A stretch of DNA of 64,000 nucleotides from Camelus dromedarius (GCF_036321535.1 NC_087437.1:69566001-69630000); one strand, 5' to 3'; positions 49,450 through 60,975 are shown, counted from the first letter of the stretch. Notes: generated by a model from the letters alone, not told the origin. A program made the numbers and translations.

Positions 49450-49867
49450 CTGTTCCATAAAAGAAGGAAATGCTTTCGGTCTTGACTATCTGACTCCAAG
49501 ATTTTCTCTGTTTCATATTCAAATGCTACAGTAAGATGAACATCATCCTTCTGCATAGCTCAGTCAAAGGCCCCACCCACACATAGATGTACTTTCTCTC
49601 TGAGCTTGCTCCAGAACACTCTCGTAAATGTGCAATCCTTGGGCAGTCTCCTAACAGTGGCCCTCCCATCAGCCAGTTTGAGGCTTGGAGACTCCTGAGT
49701 AAGCTATTACATGACAAGGAGGCACAGGAACGTGGCTGGTAGTATGTTACCAGTTGAGGCTGGGTCATTACAAGTTCATCCTCCTCTCAGTTTATTCTGC
49801 TCTCCCACCAGTTCATTCACAAACACGTATCATACGTGATTGCCAGCTTGTCAGTTTGAATATAAGC
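49450..49867 (-). pseudogene. Decayed exon(s)
   Basis: cctaataacccatgcctctaacag|GC. One frame reads YVFVNELVGEQNKLRGG*...LTQESPSLKLADGRATVRRLPKDCTFTRVFWSKLREKVHLCVGGAFD*AMQKDDVHLTVAFEYETEKILES. Possible internal donor after 49751. Confidence 0.45.
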
Positions 49868-49894
49868 CTGTTAGAGGCATGGGTTATTAGGCAA

Positions 49895-52640
49895 TTTTTA
49901 AAATTATTTTTATAAACTTTTAATTGAATTATAATATACATACAATACAGATTAAAAATCTTACACATTTTGATGCCTTTCCACAAGGTGAATATACTAG
50001 TGTTACCACATCCCATATCAAGAAATAATTGCCAGAAATTAACAGACACCCAGATGACTCCCTTGTGCCTTTCCTCAGTATTATCCCCCCAAAAAAGTAA
50101 CCACTATTGTGACTTCTTCTTTTACCAGAAAGAGGTTTTTTTCTCTCTCTCTTTTTTAAATAAAATGGGATGCCATAATATGTACTCTCTCATGTTTGGC
50201 ATCTTTCACTCAGTATTTTGTGCATGTGCAGTTTACATCATCATGTCATCTGCAAATGACAATTTTAGTTCTTCCTTTATCATTCTCATAACTTTCATCA
50301 ATTTTCTTGCTTTATTGCCTTACCTGGGGCCCTCAGTATAGTATGATTAGAAGGGATAGCAGAAATCCTTGTCTCATTTCTTATTTCTAAAGGAAAACTT
50401 TCAATATTTCATCATCAACTGTAATGTCTATTGTAGATGTTTGGTTGACCCCCTGACATCAGATTGAGAAAATTCCTTTCTATTCCTAATTGCAAAGAGC
50501 TTTTGTAATAAATGACTTATATCTTATATCTTCTAGTTGCAATATTCCACACTTTTATAGTTAATATAATTATTGTTGTTTTATGCCATCATATTATTAA
50601 GTTTCCTCTTTGTCCCATCTTTTTTTTTTTTAAGTCTTATTCCTTTCTCTTTTCATACCTTCATTGGATTAATCATGTATTTTAAAAACTATTCCACACT
50701 TGTTAGTTTGCTCACTATACCCTTTCATAAAATATTCTTATAATGGTTACCATAAAGATGGCAATGTGCATCTTTGACTATGTGCATCTTTGGCTTACCA
50801 GAATTTACTTTAAATTAGTATTTTTACCACTTCCCAGACAAAACAACCCTTTAACTACATTTGCCTACCTCCCACCTTAATTTGATAGCATATTTTAATG
50901 TAACATATATCTTGAACATTGCAAGATATTATTGTTTTAAACTGTAGATACTCAAATTGACCATGCATCATCTTTTAGGATGCTCTTTATTTCTTTAGTG
51001 CTACTGTGCTTTGGTATGGAATCATTTGCCTTCTGACTGAAGAACTCTTGCTTGTATTTTTTTGTTTGTGTAATGTTGTTCTCCTGCTGATAAATTTTCT
51101 CAGTTTAGTTTGGAAAAAAATTGCATTTTGCCTTCATCTTTTAATGGGTTATTTCACTGGTATAGGGTTCTAGATTGATGGGTACTTTTCTTTAGCATTG
51201 AGTACTCAGTGCTTTAAAGATGGCATTCCATTGTCTTCTGCTTCCATGCTTTCTGTTTAGAATGTATCTGTCAGTCTTTTTGTTGCTCCTATGAAGGTAA
51301 TGTGTCTTTCCCTGCTAAGTGTTTTAAAACTTTCTATTTCCCTTTGATTTTCAGCAGTCATAGCATGATAATGATTAGATGTGGTTTTCTTAAATACCCA
51401 CTTCTTAATGTTTATAGAGCTTCTATATTGATAGTTTGCTATCTTTTGTTCCTGCTGGGAATTTCTTGGTATCTCTTTAAATAGTGCTTCTGCTCTATTT
51501 TCCCTCCCTCCTCTGCTTTGAGAATTTCAATTGAATTATGTAAACTTTCTATTGTGTTTCATATCTCTTGTACACCCATTGCTGTATATCCTTTCATGAA
51601 ACAAATTTCTCTCTGCTTAAATATGGATCAACCTGTCTTCTGGTGTCCCTACTCATTGTTGTATCTGTCTTTTGAGGATTAGTTCAAATTCTGAGATTTC
51701 TAGTTTACTGTTTTTTTAAAGATTTCATTGCTTTAAGATTGTCCAAGTTGTCTTCTGTTTTCTTAAACACTAATTATAAGGTGTTAACTTCTACATCTGA
51801 TAGCATCAATACGCAGATCACCTATTGATCTGTTTTTTTGTGGAATGTTTTTAGATATATTTTGTCTTAGTCTCTGGTCATTGAATCCTGTTTCTTGTTA
51901 TGTCTGGTAATGTTTTATTGGATACCAGAAATTATAATAAACAATACTACTTAGAGGCCTGGAGCGATGCTGTCTTCTTCCAGTAGGATTTGTTTTCTCA
52001 CTCTGTAGCAGTTAGAGAATGGGCAGATCAAGTTGACCCAACCAAAGTTACTTTATTTCATGGTTGTTATTACACTTGGGGCATAGTCTTTCAAAGTTCT
52101 CAGCTGGAAGCGTATGCTGTTTAAAGGGCCCCTTACCAAGTTGGACTTTAATTATCATGGCTCAGTACTATGAGAATGACAAAATCTCTGCTTAGATTTT
52201 CTGCTCTCTTAGCAGCTATTTTCTTCCTGGTTTCTTGACATCTTGCCAATGCATATACATCTTGGGGGGGAGACATATACCTTAGGGAAAATCCCTTGCA
52301 GATCCCAAGACCATGGCTTCTCACGTCCTAGCTACTTTGGTAGCACTATGTATGTATGTGTGTGTGTATGAATCTCCATTTCAGAGACTGCTGCTTTCTC
52401 TTGGCCTCTTTGCCCATACTTTGAATCAACAAATGTTCTAAAGGACAAAAAGAAAAAAAAAGCATAGCTGCAGATATGGGACTTACTTCAATCTCTGTCC
52501 TCCCTCTGGGATCTTACCCCCGACACACATTTCCAGCTATCTCCCTTGCTTTCCGATAAATTCGAAGAGTTTTGTCAGATATTTTAAAATCCAACTTCTA
52601 TGATTTTTTTCAACAGAAGAGCTAATATAATACCAACTAC
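49895..52640 (-). mobile_element. Rearranged old L1 (L1MC/MD-type) fragments
   Basis: T-rich; 3' end ttttaattgaattataatatacatac, tcatgtcatctgcaaatgacaattttagttcttcc, gctgataaattttctcagttt, ttccattgtcttctg. Confidence 0.85.
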
Positions 52641-52699
52641 TTTGTCATACATAGACATGGGTAGTCCCATAGCATTAAGTTTCACATTGACTTGTGAGG

Positions 52700-53090
52700 C
52701 TTTGTTCAATCAAAATGTATTAAATATGTAAGTAGAGTTTTCAGAGAATGTTCTGTTTAAAAAGTGTGACTTTAAAACAGCCTTTTCTTCAAACTCTCAT
52801 TGTATTAAAAAAACTTCAGCAGCAGAATACACTAAAGTTGCCTTAACAAAGGATTTAGCTGCATTGAATAGGTGAGAATGTCAATAAGAACTCGAAAGTG
52901 AAGTTTGTTCTTCTTGATCCATCTGTGAATAATTGTGGGGTATCTACTTGAGCAAGAGTTTCTCTAACAGCAAAGATTCTATTAATTGAAACTGTTTTTT
53001 TAAAAGCTATTATATAATTTTCTCTTCAAAGCTGAGGTCTGGTTTCTTCTAAAGCTTCCAATCACATTGTAAAAGAAAAGTTGTTGGACT
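52700..53090 (-). pseudogene. Decayed exon, donor not located
   Basis: Acceptor ccatcattttctctggtcctag|AG. Protein-like stretches in more than one frame (LEALEETRPQL*RENYIIAFKK; FNAAKSFVKATLVYSAAEVFLIQ*EFEEKAVLKSHF). Confidence 0.45.
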
Positions 53091-53444
53091 CTAGGACCAG
53101 AGAAAATGATGGCAAGATATTTAAAATATTGCTGGTTATTCTGTTCGAGACAGCATGATGTAGCAAAAAGAATATTGCACTAGTATAAAGGTGATATGAG
53201 TCATAGTTCAGTGGCTCTGAAGCTTCAAAATTGCATGACCTTTGGTAAATACTTTGTCCTGACTCTCATCCTCTACATCTTTACAATATCTGAAGCCTGG
53301 TAGAGCCTAGAAACTTAAATCACAGTCTTCAGACCTACACATGGGAGACAGAGACACATAATTCCAGGCCTCTATATCTGAGTACCTAGTAGGACAGGTC
53401 CTTAGTCTGAGCCATGATCCAGATGAATCATAGAAATGCTTTCA

Positions 53445-53760
53445 GCAAATTAAATTTCATAAGTATTTATTGAACATCCATCATATGGAAAATATTCAGT
53501 TAAGTCTTTCAAGGGCTGAATGTGAGCCAGAATTTGAGAGTTTGCAGTTAAATAGCCAGTTATAAGGAAGCTGCTGAGAGTATTAAAAAATGGAGCCCAT
53601 ATCTAGTTAGAGGAGTGTAAAAAAGGGGAAAAGAAAATTGGGATAGTCTTTATAGAGAAAATGATACTTAAGATCAGCATTGAATAAAGATATATTCTTT
53701 TGGTAGGCAGATATGGGGAAAGAAGGGACTTCAGATGGAGAACTCTTCAGGTGACACAAA
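53445..53760 (-). mobile_element. LINE2 3' fragment
   Basis: taagtatttattgaacatcca...tttatagagaaaatgatacttaag. Confidence 0.55.
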
Positions 53761-53819
53761 TAGTCTGATGAAATGCACAGTGGGAGTAGACATGGGTGGG
53801 CCCAGTAGACTGGAGAGAG

Positions 53820-54060
53820 GCACTATAATACAGAGTGAGTTCGAAAGGTCTGGCTATGGAGTTAGATAGTCTTGGGTTCAAATTCTGATTTTGTCACTTA
53901 CAAGATATGTGTCCTTGAACAGTATCTTAACTCTGGGTTTCAATTTCCTTATTTGTAAGAGTTGGATAATGATAATAATACAAAGAGCTATTACAATTAC
54001 TAAGAAAGTTTATAAAGTATTCGCCACATAAGCACTCCATGAGTAGTAGCTAAGATTATT
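53820..54060 (+). mobile_element. MIR
   Basis: tgggttcaaattctgattttgtcactta...tttccttatttgtaag. Confidence 0.8.
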
Positions 54061-54335
54061 TCAGTATTGGCAGAATGAGGTACACTGGGGTCTCAGAGCC
54101 TTTGAACTCACCCTTTTTTGTTTCCATTAGGAACAATTAAACTATAATAGGGTGGAGTTCCTGGATCTGAAACTTAGTTGATCAAGTCCTCTTTAAAGTT
54201 TCAAATGGACAATCACCCAGGGGTTCAGTGTGAAACATGACGCTGAATTTCAAATAGGCAAAACTCGCTTTATTGATAACAATGCATCTATCCAAAGAGA
54301 TTGTCTTTAATAGCCTATGATCAATATGTTCTTAC

Positions 54336-54530
54336 TTTCAATGAGAGCTAATACCTCATCTTCAGTCCTTCATCTCCTCAGCAGCATCAACAAGGGCATT
54401 CCTACTGAGAAGAAGTTAGTGCAAACTCTAAATGCCTCAGCCAGCAGCAGTTCCCTTCCCCAGAGGGCTCTTGGGAAGAGTTAACAGTCAGAAATGTAGC
54501 ATTACCACCAGCTGTCATCCTCATTAAGTA
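54336..54530 (-). pseudogene. Decayed exon, 195 nt
   Basis: atcgttttcccacag|TA...GAAA|gtaaga. Phase-1 reading: LNEDDSWW*CYISDC*LFPRALWGRELLLAEAFRVCTNFFSVGMPLLMLLRR*RTEDEVLALIE. Confidence 0.6.
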
Positions 54531-55049
54531 CTGTGGGAAAACGATATTAATGATTGTGTTTAATACAACACTAGAAATCTATGGATTTGGCTATATATCA
54601 TTTTCTTCTTAAAGAATCTCTAGATTTTGAGCCACCAGAAGGATAGCTTCTGGGAACTTGCTCCTAAATAAGTCTGTTAGAAGGAGATGCATTCTCCCTT
54701 AGGGAAAGAGACAAGCAGTTAGAAGGCAGTTGGGAATTTCCCCAAAGGCTTGTTTCAGGGCTGGTTCAGACATTCTTCGCAAAGTAGGATCTTCTCAGAG
54801 CTACCACAACCCCCAGATCCCTCCAAAGGCTCTCCAGAGGCGGCAATGAGGGCAGATGAAGAACAGAAAGCTCTAAATCTCCATATGTGCAGTTCAGCTC
54901 AGGTATCATGTTAGACCTGAGAAGGTAAAATAGCATCTTTTGGGCAAGTGAGAAGGACTTAATCAAGATGAGCAGCTGTCTCTTCTCAAGGAAAATCTCC
55001 TCAGGGGGCTTAAGGAAGTAAAATCCTAGGAATTGAGTGGACAGCCTAC

Positions 55050-55247
55050 CTGTCAGGTGCTCAGGGTTTGATTGATTTTAGGGGATAACAACCTAACAAC
55101 AGAAGCAGAGTAGTAAGAAACCAGCATCCGACTTGTTCTTTCACTAAAGGTGGTCACCTCAATTAGGGGTTCATTTCGACTTTCCAGGGTAAGAGGGAAG
55201 CATATGTACAACTGGTCTAGAGGAGGAGCCAATCCAGTTGAAGAGTT
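55050..55247 (-). pseudogene. Decayed exon, 198 nt, phase 0 start
   Basis: ctgactactcattcttctttgatttggctctgacttttcttcag|AAC...CAG|gtaggc. Reads NSSTGLAPPLDQLYICFPLTLESRNEPLIEVTTFSERTSRMLVSYYSASVVRLLSPKINQTLST*Q (one TGA). Confidence 0.65.
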
Positions 55248-55764
55248 CTGAAGAAAAGTCAGAGCCAAATCAAAGAAGAATGAGTAGTCAGTTAATCTAA
55301 TTCTTAGCCCTGTGAACCTCCCCAACCCCCAATACTCTCTGACATGCACCCAGGCTTCTGCCCCCCTGACTCCCTGCTGTACCACAGGTGAAACCTTCTT
55401 CCAGGTGTTTTTTTCATAACTTACTCCATTACTGAAATGCTTTTCTCCCCAACATGGATGCTTGCTTTCAAATCTCATTTCAAATGAATTTATCTCTTGA
55501 ACCATACAACTGAAAATGATTTTTTTCTTCATCTGAGCTCTTCTTAACTGGCATTGTTCATCCATGCAATTCACTGAGTACTTTTTTATTGCATTGTATT
55601 ATGCTTGTTTGAATCTATGCTCATCTCCTTTCTGTAGACTGTAAAATCAATCTGTGAAAGCAAATGTTGACAACCATATACAAGGAGGCTGTTAAAGCCA
55701 TGGCTGCTAGTACAGTTCTATTTTCCCCTTTAATATAAACCTAAAAGTTCAAGCTAGGTCTTTT

Positions 55765-55945
55765 TCCCAAGTTTCCAAAATGGGGTCTGCAGATGATTTG
55801 CATGAAAATTTACTGGAGAGCTTTAAAAATACTCATTCCTAGGCCTTGCCATAGACCTACTGAATCAGAATCTTGGGGGGCAGAGGACTGGAAATATGCA
55901 TTTTAACAGGCATATTGAGAGTTTCTAGTACATATGAAAATGAGA
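55765..55945. mobile_element. MER5-family MITE
   Basis: attcctaggccttgccatagacctactgaatcagaatcttggggg. Confidence 0.75.
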
Positions 55946-56321
55946 TGATAGAATCATCATGTTGATGATTATAAGATGAAGCAAAAACAAGATATGAGTG
56001 AAACTAGAAATATTGCAGTTCAAATTTTGTATATAAGACAGTAGAACACTTTTCTGAATGTTGCATTCTTATTAAAGTACATATTCTCCACCACGTGACT
56101 ACTTCTGTAACAGTGTGAGATAATTATCAGCTTTTAGAGGAGAAACTGACTCAATCATCATAGTCTAGCTTTGTCTGAGTTTTTACCCTTTTGCTCCTTT
56201 GAATACTGATAGAATTATGACCCTTGGTGTTGGGAAATACTTGTACTTTTTTTAAAGAGCTAGGTTTTCATATAAAGGAGAAAGTAATAAAGACAAACAC
56301 TTGAAGCTGGACAACACTTAC

Positions 56322-56526
56322 GATGGAGCTCAAGAGACACTAAATTTGTTTGCAAAGCTATTTGCATCTTTGATATCTTTCCTTAACCTATCCTTCCATT
56401 TCTATCTTTGTACCACATGACCCTACTATTTTTTCTTTCATCAACTTGCCAGATTACTGGTTCTCATTTGCAATATATTCTTTTTAGTAGAGTTTATTAA
56501 ATAAATATCAAGTTGTTACACAACTA
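56322..56526 (-). pseudogene. Decayed exon, 205 nt, phase 2-0
   Basis: Very strong acceptor ttttcttctcttttccactacattttccctag|T and donor ATC|gtaagt. Reads SCVTT*YLFNKLY*KEYIANENQ*SGKLMKEKIVGSCGTKIEMEG*VKERYQRCK*LCKQI*CLLSSI. Confidence 0.7.
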
Positions 56527-57009
56527 CTAGGGAAAATGTAGTGGAAAAGAGAAGAAAATAATTTTTTAAAAGAAATAAAACAGTATCCTTCAGGAAGCAA
56601 TCTGATGTAGAAAGGAGCATGATGCTAAACCCTGAAATGATGTTAATGCCTACTTGTTTTGTTCTATTTTAGGTTACATATTTCTTCCTCACTTTTTATT
56701 TTATGTCCTTTGAAAATAGAGAAACTAAGACGGGGCTTTCATTGAAATCTATATCTCAATGTTAAATTTATTTTATTATTTGTGTGTGGGACATCTGTAT
56801 TCACATACAACAAACATCTTGTGACAGATATCAAGTCATTTTGTGACCTCCATAGCTGCTTTTAAGGTCAAAGAATGTTCCCTTTGTTATTTTGTTCCTG
56901 TATATACCAAAATTCATTGACCCAAAATCTGGAAGTCAATGAAACAGATAGAATAAGAACTGTCAAGTTATATGTTCTTATAATAAATTAATATTTAAGG
57001 AATACCTAC

Positions 57010-57046
57010 TGTCCTGGTGCTAGATATTTTTAAAAAAAGCAACTTT
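57010..57046 (-). pseudogene. Decayed small exon, 37 nt, phase 1-2
   Basis: ttcatccatttcag|AA...GACA|gtaggt. Reads (E)SCFF*KYLAPG(H). Bridges the phases of the flanking exons exactly. Confidence 0.5.
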
Positions 57047-57648
57047 CTGAAATGGATGAATTTAATATCTCAGAATGAATATATTCACAGAAACAAAAAA
57101 ACTGTATTTCAGTCTGAATGGATGTTAGTCCAAGTGTTCGTTTTGGCAGTCTTACATGATTGCAAGTGTTCATATACTGAAAAATCACTATTAATTCTTC
57201 TATACTGACATGTCTACATTTAGTAAGATATATCTAGACAATTAAATTTTTGTGTTATGCATCTTTTCTTGTTCCTACATTTTATGTAAGTTTTTTAAGA
57301 GAAAACCTTTTTATAGTTGAACTAACATTATTCAGGACTAATCCTACCAAATATGGCATGAATTGACATTTTGCTTAGCTAAAGTGGCACCTCCATGTTA
57401 TGAAAACATAAATACCACTTGTAGTTTATATGTAGTTTGTATGCCACCTCTGATATAATAGTATTCTTGACTTTTTGTTAAATGTGTTGGGAGATACTCA
57501 TTACCGAAGGAACCTAATATAATAGGAAATCTAAATGGTTAGTCATTGCAAAAGTTAATTCAAACATGGAAATCATAAAAAAAAACCCATAAATATTTTA
57601 GTATTTCAATATATACAAATAAGGTATACATTCATACCCTTATCTCTT

Positions 57649-57779
57649 TTTAAAATTTTATTTATGTATTTTTTATTGCAGTATAGTCAGTTTACAATGT
57701 TGTGTCAATTTCTGGTGTACAGCATCATGTTTCAGTCATACATATACAAACATATATTCGTTTTCATTATAGGTTACCC
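57649..57779 (-). mobile_element. 5'-truncated lineage-specific L1 3' end with TSD
   Basis: T-rich tail then attgcagtatagtcagtttacaatgttgtgtcaatttctggtgtacagcat. 14-bp TSD tacccttatctctt (57635-57648) / tactcttatctctt (57780-57793). Confidence 0.9.
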
Positions 57780-57782
57780 TAC

Positions 57783-58069
57783 TCTTATCTCTTGATTTGG
57801 GATCATAGTATTTTGTGAGTGTAGGTCTGCTCATTAGAGTTCAATGTCATTTTTCTCTCATAAACCACAACTATAATAAATTCTCCTCAATTTGCTGTTT
57901 TATATTCTTTTAAGTGCAGTGAAAACCTAAAGACCTTTGTAAAATAACCTGAGTGTAGCATTTTTACAGTTGTCTTTATTCTTTTACAATTGTCTTGCCC
58001 ACATCCAATGCAATAGTACTTTTTGAACAACTTTCCGTTAGTGAATATTTCCAGTGTCTTGAGTATAGT
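57783..58069 (-). pseudogene. Decayed exon, 287 nt, phase 1-1 with one frameshift, donor hit by an L1
   Basis: tatttatttag|AC. Reads YYTQDTGNIH*RKVVQKVLLHWMWARQL*KNKDNCKNATLRLFYKGL*VFTALKRI, then frameshift to KQQIEENLL*LWFMREK...YDPKSRDK. The presumed original donor AAGG|gtatga survives in the other TSD copy. Confidence 0.6.
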
Positions 58070-58201
58070 CTAAATAAATACCTTTTATTTCACACATGTA
58101 TTTTAGCAGTCTATATAATATTAAATTACTTAATTACAATTGCTATACAACTGTGAGAAATAGGTTTGGTAATAAACACAAACATGTCATAGTAAGCATA
58201 C

Positions 58202-58320
58202 AACTTAAAGGTGGAAGAAATAGGTAACCATACAGTATTAGCCAATACCATTCCACATGCTGTGGGCATCCCTTTTCACAGAGTAGAGTGTTAAGTAAGG
58301 CAGATGTTGTAAAGTGAAGG
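58202..58320 (-). pseudogene. Exon with no stop codon, 119 nt, phase 2-1, hydrophobic end
   Basis: gatcttttaatcag|C...AGTT|gtatgc. Reads (F)LHFTTSALLNTLLCEKGCPQHVEWYWLILYGYLFLPPLS. Confidence 0.65.
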
Positions 58321-58413
58321 CTGATTAAAAGATCCACCACTGTATTTTAAAATTTGTGTATAATGCAGGACATTCCTTTTTGATGCCACCACATTTTATT
58401 TTTTTTAAATTAC

Positions 58414-58494
58414 AATTCACATGAAAGTCTATTGCACTAAACTATATTGTCTACTAATTGTGCCTGAAATTCTAGAAGTTGATTCCAGGCGCTG
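58414..58494 (-). pseudogene. Decayed exon, 81 nt, phase 2-2
   Basis: tttttcttccaaactattaacag|C...GAATT|gtaatt. Reads SAWNQLLEFQAQLVDNIV*CNRLSCE. Followed by a 93-nt intron. Confidence 0.65.
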
Positions 58495-58899
58495 CTGTTA
58501 ATAGTTTGGAAGAAAAAGTGGTAGGTTCTCCTCAAAGGAAAATTTGACATAAAAAAGATTAAAAATAAATTAATAGGGCACATGTTTTCAGGTACCATTG
58601 TGATTTGTGATCTAAAACATCTTAACAATAAATGCTATCTTCATGCCATCTTTTGTATAATTCATGAGTATTTTGTATATAATTTGGTATATTTGGTATA
58701 ATTTCATGAGTATATGAAAGAGATACAATGTGGAGAAACAAAATTTATTAAAATTTCTGATTATAGTTTATATACTTAATTAAATGATGAGAACTATTAA
58801 CTGCAGTTTTATCTAAGACCAAAATTATTCAGATATAGTTTGCACATTTCCTCAAACTTCCTGCCTGGGGTTGGGAGTTCCCTAATTTAGCTAACTTCA

Positions 58900-59005
58900 G
58901 CGTGGCCACTCTACTGTATGATCTGTTATATGTATTTCCCACATCTAGAACTGTGCCCAGAATATTGTAGGACCTCAATATTTTATAAATAAATGAGTTG
59001 AATAA
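58900..59005 (+). mobile_element. LINE2 3' end
   Basis: catctagaactgtgcccagaatattgtaggacctcaata. Confidence 0.75.
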
Positions 59006-59117
59006 ATTACCTTTGGACATGACTTTTTCCCTGGCTTAAAAAATCCACCCCCTGACTCTGGTTCCCAAAGGCTAGTGTTCTAGATTGCTGTTTTCCCTTA
59101 TCGCCTTGAAGTCTCAC

Positions 59118-59312
59118 TTATCTTCCTTAACTCTGCAGAATACTGATAGGTCTTTGTCAACTCTCTGAAAAGCCAGAGCAAAAATTACCTTTTATCATCA
59201 CATCCAATTTTTTATCAAGACTAAAGTCAAAAGGAGGCTGTCAAGCATATCCTCTGTTGGTTTTCTGACCACTGCCCTCAATCAAGAAAATATTATTTTG
59301 GCAATCATATTG
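59118..59312 (-). pseudogene. Decayed exon, 195 nt, phase 0-2 with one frameshift
   Basis: cattattaccacag|CAA...GATAA|gtgaga. Reads QYDCQNNIFLIEGSGQKTNRGYA*QPPFDFSLDKKLDVMIKGNFCSGFS, then frameshift to RVDKDLSVFCRVKED. Confidence 0.6.
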
Positions 59313-59726
59313 CTGTGGTAATAATGTTATCACTCTCTCAAACAAACTAAACATTTAAAACACATTTGAATAGAGAGGACAGAACCAGTTTAATGATTTT
59401 CTCTTTATATATATAAAGGACATCATTTAATGACCCATGTAAATTTAAGAATTGACCATCCAATGTGCTAGATATTTTGTGATAGATGTTACTGAAATAG
59501 GAATACAGGTAAGATCAAGTAATTTGTCCAGAGTTCCACAACCATCTTATGGCCGATGAAAGGTTCTCTTTCCATGACACCTCACTCTCTCTCTGTATTT
59601 TCAAAATTGATTAATAAATAGTAAAGAGGGGAAGCATCCAATTAATAAAAGCATGAAGCACTGTTTTGATATCTGAAGTGCCAGTAGCAGCAATTCAAAT
59701 CTGTGACCATGTTCGTCTTGACCTAC

Positions 59727-59874
59727 CATTTAAATCTGACAGACAGGATCTTTGGTAGAACCCACTTTCCTGACCTGAGTAAAGGTCCACGTGAAATGTA
59801 GCCTCTCAGCAATCTCAGCTACCGAGTAATATTGCTCTCTAAAGCAAACCTGAGGTATTTAAAGCAGCAAAACA
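59727..59874 (-). pseudogene. Decayed exon, 148 nt, phase 2-0
   Basis: ggtatctttcag|T...ATG|gtaggt. Reads VLLL*IPQVCFREQYYSVAEIAERLHFTWTFTQVRKVGSTKDPVCQI*M. Phases fit both neighbours. Confidence 0.65.
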
Positions 59875-60206
59875 CTGAAAGATACCAGGTGGATGCTAAG
59901 AAAGTATGATTCTTTCAGACTTCCAGTTCAATTTGCTTGTTTAACGGGGTTTGGATGTGACTTACAGAGAAGGTTAAAGACCTTGCCTGGTGGGTGTTCA
60001 ATAAATGTTAATTGAACTGTACTGAATTGAGACCCAAGTTCAAATCCAATTTAATACCAGAATAGTGAAGGTTTGGTCAGATCACAAAGTCACAGCTGAT
60101 GGGATTGCCTGGGACAGATGTTACAGCGTGCGTGGTGAGAAGGAAAGAATGGAGACTGGCAGGACACCCCAAATCACGTTTCGGGTTCTGAAAGGGTGCT
60201 ATTTAC

Positions 60207-60362
60207 ATCTGAGAAGTGTCATGACACCTTGCTAGCTTTTACAGATACTAAAACATTTTGCTGTTTCTTGAAATTGTCATGATGTGAAAAATCCTTGTCT
60301 CTTCCTTTCCTACTTTCCCCAAAGACATCCCCCATTCTGCCACTCTGAGATGGGAGTCTTTT
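60207..60362 (-). pseudogene. Decayed exon, 156 nt, phase 2-2
   Basis: Pyrimidine tract ctctctctctgctcctgctgtattttacatgag|A, donor CAGAT|gtaaat. Reads KDSHLRVAEWGMSLGKVGKEETRIFHIMTISRNSKMF*YL*KLARCHDTSQ. Confidence 0.55.
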
Positions 60363-60529
60363 CTCATGTAAAATACAGCAGGAGCAGAGAGAGAGCAATG
60401 TCTCAAAATCAGAAAGAAATGAAGTGCAGCTACCCAACCAACTCCTAATAACACAGGCCTTTTGAAATCCTGTCCCAGGGCAGTGGAGAGGGGATGAAGA
60501 TATAACTTGGTAGAAAATAGCAGAGCAGC

Positions 60530-60872
60530 TGTCTCAGTCCATTTGGGTCACTATAGCAAAACACTATAATATGAGTGGCTTATTTATTTCTCACAGTTCT
60601 GGAGGCTGCAAAGTCCAAAATCAAGGCTCTGGCAGATTCAGTGTCTGATGAGAACCAGCTTCCTAGATAGTTATCTTTTCACTGCAACCTCACATGGCAG
60701 AAAGGATAATGGAGTTCTCTAGTACCTCTTTTACAAGGGCACTAATTATGTTAACAAGGGCTGATTCATGACCTGATCACCTCCCAAGGACCCCACCTCC
60801 AAATTTCATCACCTTGGGGGTTAAGATTTCAGCATATAATTTGAGGGGAGGGATGACATTCAGACCATAGCA
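60530..60872 (-). mobile_element. MLT1A0-type MaLR solo LTR
   Basis: tgtctcagtccatttggg...tctcacagttctggaggctgcaaagtcc...acattcagaccatagca. Confidence 0.92.
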
Positions 60873-60975
60873 CCACCTATGGCTAAAAGATTTCCATTCT
60901 GCTGGGACCAGCAGCATGTAAAGTATAACACACACTCTGTCCACCGCCTCCCAAGAACCATGAAGGCAAGATTAC

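Noticed and set aside
52890..52960. Minus-strand LFTDGS as a retroviral RNase H motif
   Set aside because: It is an isolated hexapeptide with no other RNase H residues or retroelement context, and is better explained as part of the fossil exon region.
54131..54310. Plus-strand VEFLDLKLS as a Penelope-type RT motif
   Set aside because: It is a single short motif flanked by stops, with no upstream YxDD or downstream endonuclease signal.
54766..55247. Endogenous viral element (bornavirus/filovirus-like) explanation for the open frames
   Set aside because: I see no similarity to viral proteins I know, and the segments have splice sites and phase links typical of a cellular gene.
55053..55574. 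Longest ORF in the track (173 aa) as an intact gene
   Set aside because: Its 5' half is antisense L2-like sequence. Only 55050-55247 behaves like an exon, and it ends in a stop.
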